A stretch of 63,743 nucleotides of DNA, counting the filler, from Licmophora abbreviata (Eukaryota), in NCBI GenBank assembly GCA_900291995.1. It is 12 parts of 12 records of this genome, joined end to end, with 100 filler letters (N's around TTAATTAATTAA, not from the genome) between each part and the next. Parts side by side here need not be neighbours in the genome. Positions count along the whole stretch, not along the records: positions 30,786 to 33,014 come from OLMU01006020.1; positions 33,115 to 34,807 come from OLMU01006021.1; positions 34,908 to 36,040 come from OLMU01006024.1; positions 36,141 to 47,236 come from OLMU01006025.1; 8 more parts are not named here. The stretch is one strand, 5' to 3'. Position 1 is the stretch's first letter. Every line of letters starts with the position of its first letter. The notes under the pieces are model-generated. The model was not told the origin of the DNA. It searched no databases and saw only the letters and a list, made by a program, of their open reading frames with translations. The position numbers and the translations under genes are program-made. Shown piece by piece: positions 31,636-41,487 of the stretch.

Positions 31636-34488
31636 TTAGGCTACGTCCGTCGCCGTCTCTTCTTTCGTTCCATCCTCATTTCTGTTGTCGTCTTTGGCTC
31701 CCCCGACTTCTTCGTCCTTTTCCGCAACAGCATCGGCTACCACAACCGAATTCTTCGCATCGTCTCCCTTGACAAGATGCGGTCTAGGCCCACGCTCTTC
31801 CAAGCTTGGTTTGAGGTTGGGTTGGCCGTACAATTTGCGATCGACTGATTCTGCGTATGCACCCTCCGAGTCGGCGGGAGAAATCGGCGACAGCTCTCCT
31901 TCTTTCAAGTCTACATCTGCGGCTACTTCCGTGCTCAAGTCTTGGAGCGGACGGATAATGCTGTGCGTCAGTCGCACATGCAACACAATCGTCGCAACCA
32001 ATGGAACGACGCAGAAAATGGCTTGAGAGGCCCCTTCCTACAATGACAAAAAGTAGCGATTCAGTCCGTAAGAAATTTTGTGAGACAAGAAAGCACAGCA
32101 CCACTACATCACGGCTGGTGAAATACACGCATCGCACCTTGATTCCCAAGTATGCACAGACAATAATTTCGGCCGTGTACAAGCAGACCATAATGTAACG
32201 AAAGATCTTCTCCCAGATGACTCCTCCACCTTCGCCAATATTTCCATACACGTGAAGACAGTTGTGTTTCCAAACAACATAGTAAACGCCGAACAGCGCC
32301 GCGGCAAAGGGTTCCAGGAGTGGTACAATCACAATGTACACGAACGATACCAAGACAATAAAGATGATCGGCGGCAAGTAGAATCCCCACAAAAGCTCAC
32401 GCGGTTTCTTTCTCTCAATGAAGCGATCCGTCTTGAACCGAGGCTCGATGAAGCTCTTGAGAATCTGCTGACCAAACTCTGCCAAGTTGCTCAGATAGAA
32501 GTTGCTCATGACCCACGTATTGAGTATCGTCATGTTCAAGAAGAACGTAGAAGCGCCCGGGATGGCTGACGCCAACAGCGTCGCAATGCTCCTAGGGTCC
32601 TTAATCATGGCATCGATTTGATTAAAAGCGCTCCCGCCGACCAGAATCAACCACAGGTTGGCAAACTGGTAAAGCATGTACCACGAGAAGGTGTAAGCGT
32701 CTTTTTCGGGCATGCTCTTTTTGCGAATAACAAACTGTGCTGTCGACATGATCGCGATACAGAGGCAAACCATGAATCCTTGCAAGGCCAATGGTGGCAA
32801 GAGACCTGCCAGAAGTCCGTAGTAAAATGTATCCGGATTCAACTGGGGCAATCCAAAGGCTTCTAGAAGGGAGTTGAGGTTTGCGAGGCCCATGACGAAG
32901 GTCGCTGGGATCGCCCAAAACACAATGCCCAGAGTCCAGACTGCTCCAAAAATAGCAGCCAGACGCTGTTGCGTACCAGCAGAGACGGTCACATTATCCC
33001 ACACGATGGCCTTCNNNNNNNNNNNNNNNNNNNNNNNNNNNNNNNNNNNNNNNNNNNNTTAATTAATTAANNNNNNNNNNNNNNNNNNNNNNNNNNNNNN
33101 NNNNNNNNNNNNNNCGTGGTTTCCAAGTAGTTGGCCTTGCCGCCAATGTTACATTGAATCGCAGCTTGCTTCGCCCTCAGAGAGGTGAATGTCACGAACG
33201 CTGTCGATACCATCTTGTCGGAAATCACTTTTGTCTCATCGTCGTCGCTCGGCTCTTGCACCGGCACTCCGACCGCTGCAGAAGGGTCTTGTGGCTTTAC
33301 AGCCTCCTTTTTCTTAAGATCATCATCATCATTATCGTCATCGCCATCTGTTCCCAACATGATGGTATTCGTCATGTTTTGAAACATGCCAAGTACGTTC
33401 TGAATCCCACTCTTGTCATCGCGACCAACGGCACCACCAGTCGCTTCCGAAAAAAGTTTCGCTCGTTCTCCATCAATCTCCTCATTGAGCTTTGCAATTT
33501 CACGTTCATAGTAGGGAATCGCTTCCGTCTTGTTTCCTCCACAACCACACATGTTACCATCTTGTCGCACCGTCGGCACCGGCTTGTTTGGATACTCCTT
33601 TGTCATTGCAATGGCCTGTTCCAAGCTATGGAGGAATCCCGTCCGCTTGCGGACCAACCCATCGAGTACTACAGTATTCATGCAGACATGCACTTGATGA
33701 ATTGCATTAGGAAAGACGCGATTCAGGTAGTGGTAGAGTGCCTTGTTGGTACGCAGGTGCGGGGGCACATGTTCAATCAAGACCGCGTATCGATACTCCT
33801 GTTCCGTATCGACGTCGCCATGGGCCAAGAACTCGTATCGATAGGGCGCATAGGTCTCCTTCCACTCCAAGTAGAGTTCTCGTAGTACGAATCCGACAAA
33901 GAGCCACCAGACAATGGCCGAAGCCCACAACCTCGGAGATCCCTGCCCCACCTTGGCGAGAGTGATACTATTGAACTCTTCCGTGTCGTTTCCTTCTGCT
34001 TCGCCCGTGGCGTAGACTGGAATTAGAATCAAACAACCGAGGACGGTCCCAAAGAGACTGCATCGAAAGGAGAGTCTCAAGAAACGAAGAAACATAAAGG
34101 CATCCATCCCCACGATGCGGAGCGTCTCGCGGTCACTCAGGGCCATGGCCACTTGGGCCCATCCAAAGCAGCGGTAGTGTGGTTCTTCTGTAGTAGTAGT
34201 ACTACTACTACTTGCATATCCACTCCAGGGTGCCGCAGTCCGATGCGCCAATCCAAATTGGCGCATTTCATACAAGTCGTACTTGTCTTGTTGGTAGTGT
34301 TGACGACGCAAAAAGATAAAGATGAGATGCATGAATCCTCCAAGAAACATGCTGACCAAGAGAGTGACCCAAACGACACTCCAGGGAACAATAATAACGG
34401 CTTCTTCGACGGTCGTCGGGGCCATGGTGGGAAATGATGTGTCTACTGGTTGGTCGAGCCAGCGGTGATGGTGAGATTCATAGTTCAT
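31636..34488 (-). CDS. OSCA/TMEM63/CSC1 (ERD4-like) mechanosensitive cation channel; split by gap 33015-33114; intron 32038..32137
   Basis: GMDAFMFLRFL, ILIPVYATG, AVLIEHVP and TAFVTF lie before the gap. KAIVWDNV, FWAIPATFV and LYGQPNL lie after it. The intron joins YLGIK-EGASQ in frame. Confidence 0.9.
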
Positions 34489-34907
34489 CCTGTTGTTGCT
34501 ATAGTACTGTGATACCCGCAATCCAGTGGACTGGCAGTATCGACTGACTGCAATGATACGATACCGGTAGACCAGTGGTATGCCGTTATGATACTCTGCA
34601 GTTTGACGGAATCAATCAAGAAATCAATCGAAAAATCAATCGACGAATCTCGACAGACTGTTGCAGTGCAGCTCTCTCTCGCTGCAGCAGTAGCTACTGT
34701 ACGAATAGAAGAGTGATTCTATACTTGAATAGCTGTAGGATACTTTCGAGTCAGTCGCAGCGTGTGTTCCTGCTATGTACTCGTATGATAGTACGTATAC
34801 GAGCTCCNNNNNNNNNNNNNNNNNNNNNNNNNNNNNNNNNNNNNNNNNNNNTTAATTAATTAANNNNNNNNNNNNNNNNNNNNNNNNNNNNNNNNNNNNN
34901 NNNNNNN

Positions 34908-35828
34908 TTGTGCATTGATGGAGCTCACCAATTGCGCAACACGATTGCATCGCTCCTCCTGTTCCGAGGGGAACATGGGGAACAGCAGATGACCAACACT
35001 CATCCACACAATCTCGCACTGCACGTCTTCGGGGAGAGCTCTGGCGAATGTGCTGCTCTGAAGTAGCAGTGTCGACACTAGACGCCGAGCTTGATCATGG
35101 GCCGAGTGTAGTGCGTTTCGAACATGATCGTTGCGGTCCCTGTCTTCAGCCGAAAGGACACGTGCAAAGTCGAACGGCATGACGTTTCTCTCAAATGCAT
35201 TCAGCGCGTTGTCTCTGGCCATTGTGGGGAGAGCTTCAAATGGCCTGACGCCGAAGATTCTCGGTTCCTCGATCAGGCGATTCACGACATCGAGAGGACC
35301 CTCAATGGCCGCATGAATGATCGCATCATTTTTCTGGTCACTCGGATCTACTCTCTCATCTTGCAACAAGCGATTCACAACCTCGAGATGGCCAAACCGG
35401 GACGCTAGAATGATCGCTTGATTATTCAGGTCACTCGGATCAACTCTCTCATCTTCCAACAAGCGATTCGCAACCTCGAGATGGCCAAACCGGGACGCAT
35501 GAATGATCGCATTATTATCCTTGTCACTCGGATCCACTCTCTCATCTTGCAACAAGCGATTCACAACCTCGAGATGGCCAAACCAGGACGCCAAAATGAT
35601 CGCCAAATTATTCTGGTCACTCGGATCAACTCTCGCATCTTGCAACAGGACGTCCACGACGTCGGCGTGGCCTTGCTGTGCTGCTTCATGGAGGGCGCGC
35701 TGAAAGCTTACAGCCGGGTCCAATCCCTCATCCTGAATGAGACGAACCACCGCTCCAAGATCACCACTTGCTGCGGCCGAAAACAATTCTCTATTGATCG
35801 CAGCAGCAGAAGACCTTCCGTGATTCAT
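34908..35828 (-). CDS. Ankyrin-repeat protein with 31-aa VDPS-type repeats; single exon; end abuts a gap
   Basis: RVDPSDxxNxAIIxASxFGHLEVVNRLLxDE occurs about 4 times, plus two divergent N-terminal repeats. Confidence 0.88.
35270..35645. repeat. 93-bp coding tandem repeat, about 4 copies
   Basis: tcactcggatc recurs at 35338, 35431, 35524 and 35617, an exact 93-bp period. Boundaries approximate. Confidence 0.9.
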
Positions 35829-36219
35829 CGTTGCGTTGCACCTTGCGCTGATCAAAATGGACGTGGCAGCATCACAACGAGGACAAAGGACAGCAAAGAC
35901 AGGGTGCAATGTGCAATGCTGCTGCCATTCGATCCTCAGTGACGGAGACTGACAGGTACGAATACCGGGTATCATACGGTGATTACGTAGGACCTGCGTG
36001 CCCTAGACTCGACTCATGCGACTTCGTTTTCGCTTGTGCGNNNNNNNNNNNNNNNNNNNNNNNNNNNNNNNNNNNNNNNNNNNNTTAATTAATTAANNNN
36101 NNNNNNNNNNNNNNNNNNNNNNNNNNNNNNNNNNNNNNNNTGTCCTATGCTATTTCTCGATGATTTGCATCGCTGATTTTTTTCTCTGCTTTGTTTTTCA
36201 CTCGCTTGCTCGCAACCAG

Positions 36220-39200
36220 CAACAGTGGACTCCCCCTTCCGCTTCTGGCAGCAACAAAAAGAAAGAAATATCCAAACAGCGTTCGGTTGCAAGGAGAATC
36301 AAGATGCATGCACAGGAAGGTGCTGCTGATGTCGGGCACTTGGTCGTCGAGAGAGACAACAGTGATCCTACTGCCGATTCTTTGCTGTTGAATGACGCGT
36401 CGTCTCTCTCGCGAAACTCGTCGACCAACACGGCCGATTCACCTCGTCAGTATACCCATCACCCGTCCTCGGCGTCGTCCTCGGGAGTCTTGTTAGGAAA
36501 GAGTTCCTCACTCATTTTCCCCACCGGCGTAGAGAATCCCAACAAGTCGGCAAGTAGTGACACGGTCTCCAACATTTCGTCCTCTCAAGATGAAGGTGCG
36601 AGTAGTGCCGAGACGGATCCGCGCATGCGTCGAAAGTTGAACTTGTTGCTTGATCAGTGTGAGACTGTCCGGTTTCCGTTCAAGAAAAAACTTGCGATGG
36701 AGAATATGAACTTATCGTCGCAGGACATACCAATTAAAGATCTCTGTGGCACGTCGCTGGGAAACACATTGCACAAACTAAGTTTGTCTGGAAATCGATT
36801 GACGATCCTCCCTGACATCCTAGTGCAGAGCTTGCCTGTGCTCAAGACCCTCGATCTCAGTCAGTGTGATCTTGTGCAGCTACCGAGCCGATGGAATCTT
36901 CCTCAGCTCAAGCGACTCAACCTTTCGCACAATCGTTTGACGGAATTTCTGGAAGAGGTACGCGTGAGGGAGATAGCATGAACGAGACATGCTCTCGATC
37001 ACTTTGACTAATGTCGGTTCTCCCTTTTCATCTTGCAGGGGGTTCTTGAAGGATTGCAAGAGCTCAATGAGCTCAATATGTACGGCAACAAGGTGGCCGA
37101 AATCATCGTGCCGCACAATACGCGGCTGCTGTCCAAGCTCGAAGTGCTCAATCTGGGGTACAACGATTTGGCGTACTTGCCAGACGAGCTCGACCAAATA
37201 CATTCTCTCAAAACGCTCCGCGTGATGAACAACTTCCTCGAAAAAGTCCCGATGCGAATATGCGACATGGATTCGATGCGAACTCTCGACGTATCTTCCA
37301 ACCCTGTCATTCAGCCCCCAATCGAAACGTGCGAAAGAGGTATCTGTAGCATGAAACGCTACTACCATTGCTTGCGAATGGAAGAGCAGACGAAGCAGAA
37401 GGCACTCGAGGAAGTACAAAAGAAGTTGCTGAAGCAAAAGAAGCGAGAAGAAAAGGGCAAGTCGAGAAAGAAGAAATTCTCTTTCTCAGGTACCAAGACG
37501 CCATCACCGGTGACATCAAGCAGTAAGATGGTCACGACGCCCCCTCCCCTGGCTCAACTTTTTAGCGCCATGCCTCCACAGCCTGTTCCGAAGACTGCGG
37601 CCGCACTCGATCTCTTGGAGACGCCGATAGAAGAGAGACCCTCTGTTCTTACCTCCAAGGTGGCAGAGAGCGGTATCGGAGCTGAAGAGAAGGAGAAGGT
37701 TCGGCGTACTTCATCGATGGACGACGAATTAATCGACGTACGCGAACCAGAGGATGAAGTGACGATCAACGACACGCTGAAGGTTATTTTCGTAGGCATG
37801 GCGCTGGCGGGAAAGACGAGTATGATCAAGCGCCTCATCGAAGGAAAGGATGCCGTCATCCCGAAGCGCGATGAACGGACCGTCGGTGTGGATATCTACG
37901 AGTGGGATCCTGTTACGGAAAACAAACAGATTGAACTAGAGGATCAAGACCTAGCTGAAATCTGCGGAGACGTCCCAGTCAAGTTCAGCGTCTGGGACTT
38001 CGCGGGCCAGCATGTCTATCATGCGACACATGAACTCTTTTTCTCGCCTAGAGCACTCTACGTTCTGGTGTGGGACATGGGCGCTACCAACCGCGAGACA
38101 CAGCGGCGAAAACTCTCGATGATGGAGGGAGAGCAAGGAGCTTTCAAATTGTCCTACGACTCGTCTGACGAAGAGGAGGAAGACGATTTTATGGCCGAAG
38201 AGGAGGCACGACGTGCGGATCGCGCGCTTGAACGAGACATCGACGAAAAAGTACAGTTTTGGGTAGACTGTATACAAAGCAGCGCTCCAGGAGCCGCCAT
38301 TCTTCCGGTGGCGTCGTTTGACGATTATTTTGCTCGTGGCGGCAACGAGGAAGAAGCAAAACGGCGTTGCAGGATTATGAAACATCGCTTACTGAAGCAC
38401 GAAGAAAGGAGGATCGCTGGGATCAAGGAACGCTTAAAGGAATACTACTCCCAGAATCGAGCTAGCGACGAAGTCGCAGTCCGCCTCCGTAAGCTTCTTT
38501 GCCCTTATACTCGGCCAAAGCTTGTACTTGGATCCGACGACAACGATAGCGTTGTGCGAGTGAGCGGTACGAAGTACACAGGATTCACGCGCTTGACTGA
38601 CAAGATTGTGGACATTGCCACTGGCCGCGACAAAGCTGGCTGGAGATACCCAATCTTTAGGGGTCATGTCGGAGCTCGCATTCCGCGGATGCGACTTCAG
38701 GTCCGTGAGACAGTCCGTGACATGCGTGACAAGTTCAAGGTTGTCGAATGGGGATATTTCATTAGCGCTCTTCGAGAACGGGGCCTCGACAACGTGGAGG
38801 ATATCAGTGATGCGCTACATTTTCTGACAAACATAGGTGAGCTATCTTATTTCGGCAATGTCTTCCAGAGTCATGATGGTATGAGTGAAAAGATGGTTGA
38901 CACGTATGATAACCGAAGGGTAAGCGCAATCATGTCATGCAAAACGCAGGGTGGCGAGATCCCGCTACCTCTGATCCGTGATCCCGACGACGACGATGAT
39001 GGAGAGTTCGACGACGACGAGAAATCGGTTCTGTTTATGGATGACATCAGTGTCACAGCCTCCAACACCAATGGCGATGGATCCTTGAGTACCATGGACG
39101 ATCTCATGGCGAATGGACTCTCCCAGTTCGTGTTCTTGAACCCGCGCTGGCTTGTCGCGTCTGTCGCATGCATCCTTCGCCATGATTTGGACAGAGAAAT

Positions 39201-41175
39201 TCGAGATACTCGACGCTCGCTTTCTCGGGGAACCAACCGCCGTGTCGATCGAGGCGACAGCTTCTACGAGGCAAATCTTAACTGCCCGATCATCACTGCT
39301 GAAGATGCCTGCCTCCTTTGGCAGGCCAAGAAATTCACCAAGAAGGCAGCTGAGAGGGCGCTCGAATACTCGAACAACATGACTGTCACCCCATTTGGTT
39401 TCCTCCAACGCGTGCTCATTCGATTCGGCGTCTTCGTCCCTATCGACTTGAGCATCGACAAGGCTCTTCTTGGCGGAAAAGAATACGCGAAATACGCCGA
39501 GAATGGAGACGAGATATCGCCGTCTGACATGGAGCTGACTGTTGTGCATGGTGAAGTTGATAACTCTCCTCAGTTCTTTTTCCTCCCGAGTCTCCTTGGT
39601 CCAGGGGAACCATCCGAGGCCTGGACGTACAAAAACACAGACAGCTGGAAGACAACGCTGTGCCACTCGATCCTGTTCCCCGATGGAGTGCCGCCTGGGC
39701 TGATGGAACGAATCACTGCGGCAGTGTTGAGCAGTGTTTACTCTGCGTCCAGCATATCAAGGGTATCTTCTCCGGATGCCGATGCAATCAGCAAGAATTT
39801 CGAGGGTCATATCAGCGTCAAGGAGATCCTTTGCTGGCGAACTGCATTTTTCATAAAGCTTGGCCTGGAAGTCGGCAGCGAGAGTGGCGATGTGAAGGAA
39901 AGTATTGTTGAAATATTCACACATCTTGCCGACCGTGAGTCACACCTTTGTGTCGGCTCAGACGTGATGGGTACAGGCATGAGACGACTAGTACTGAGCG
40001 CGAAGGGTCAAGTTGGCGACGGAGGCCGCAAGATTTGGAATGGGGGCTATTTGCTCGTCATCAGAGCCATAGGAAGGGTCATGAATGAGTACGGAGGCCT
40101 CGAGTTCGAGAAGCAAGGATTCTGTCCGGAATGCCTCTCAAAGAAGGCGGTGGGCCAAGCTAGTGCATGGGACTGGACCGTGATTCGCGCGGCCGCACAG
40201 AACGGCGACGATACGATGAGATGTCGACATGGACACCGAGTGGACACTCGATTAATCACCGGCCCAGGCGATTCACTCTCTCAGCCAAAGCGCGAGATTG
40301 CGAGCCAGCCGAGGTTTACGGATGGCGAACCAATTATCCCGGTCAATGACCTGCTCCGCGGCGTTGTCATTGTTGGGCTGTGGGATGGGAAAGCCCGCAA
40401 GGTCGTTCGCGTTGGTTCTGGGTTCGTAGTCGACAAGAAACGCGGCTTGATTGTGACGGCGAGTCACACTCTCATGAACATTTGGGGCGACAAAAGCACG
40501 CCGTTCGGCGACAACTACTACGGGCTCCGCGAGGGGAAGGTGGTTATCGGCGTCATTCCGAGAAGTCGAAGCTCCCAGAACGGTGGGGACGAGACGATGG
40601 CAGTCTTTCGATACTTTGCCAAGATTGTAGCGAAGGACCCTAGTATCGACGAGAAAGGGGAATGTCATTCGGACGTGTGTATACTGAGAATTGTTACACG
40701 TATGGAGAGCGATGTGGGCGGTAATGGAGAGGGGTGTGGAAACGAACCTGAACGGTTGCTTCTCAACAATCCAGATGCTATGAAACGAGAAAAGCTGCAA
40801 CAGCTGAAGGTCACGGACAAGTGTGAATTGGACGAGCAAGTTCGTATTCTTGGGTTCAATCAAGGCGGCGAGGGACTTCTGGGTCCCGGGGAGAGCTTGA
40901 ATCGTTACGTCGACTTTGCTCGAGGATACGTGTGCAAGAAGTTTGCAACTGGTGAAGACAGCGGCGGCTACATGCGGCATCGCTTTAAGCCACGCGAGGA
41001 AATTGTTGCCATTTGCCCGACCATTGGGGGGCATAGCGGAGGCCCTTGTGTGAACCAGCAAGGCGAAGTGATTGGAATCCTAAGCCGGGCAGATCCAGCG
41101 GAGAACCACAGATGCTACCTCGTTCCTGCCTATGAGTGGAAGGCACTAGTCAAGCGGGCCAAGAATACGTTCTAG
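36220..41175 (+). CDS. Roco protein: LRR - ROC GTPase - COR - Cys/His knuckle - trypsin-like serine protease; intron 36958..37038; probably 5'-incomplete
   Basis: About 8 LRRs and hinge NPVIQPPIETCERG. P-loop GMALAGKTS (37795), RTVGVDI, WDFAGQHVYHATHELFF. COR motifs FLNPRWL, FFLPSLL, VPPGLMERI, then CPEC...CRHGH. Protease motifs GSGFVV, TASH (His 40465), DVCIL (Asp 40672), GHSGGP (Ser 41035). Acceptor-like cag at 36217-36219; first in-exon ATG at 36304. Confidence 0.93.
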
Positions 41176-41487
41176 CGCTTCGGCAGAACGGCCGAGGCAG
41201 CTTTTTCTGTGAAAGAGCAGGCACCTTAACAGCAATTAGTTTTATATTTTGCTAGTCTAGGAGCTGTACCGGTAGAAAAGACAATATTCACTGGACATCG
41301 GCGCGAAGGGCGCCAACGCTAACAGCACTTCTACTGGAACAGCCGTCTATCGCGCAACGACTGACTTGATTTGATTTGACTTGACTTGACTCGCCATCCT
41401 CTCACCGCCGATAGTCCGCAGTATGCACGTTCGGTGCAAGACGCGCAGCTTGTGATCCCTCTTCAGACTCCACTGTCCCTCTTCCCT

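Noticed and set aside
41361..41392. (TTGAC/TTGAT)n pentamer run between Roco and CRTISO
   Set aside because: A short degenerate microsatellite between convergent 3' ends with no further support.
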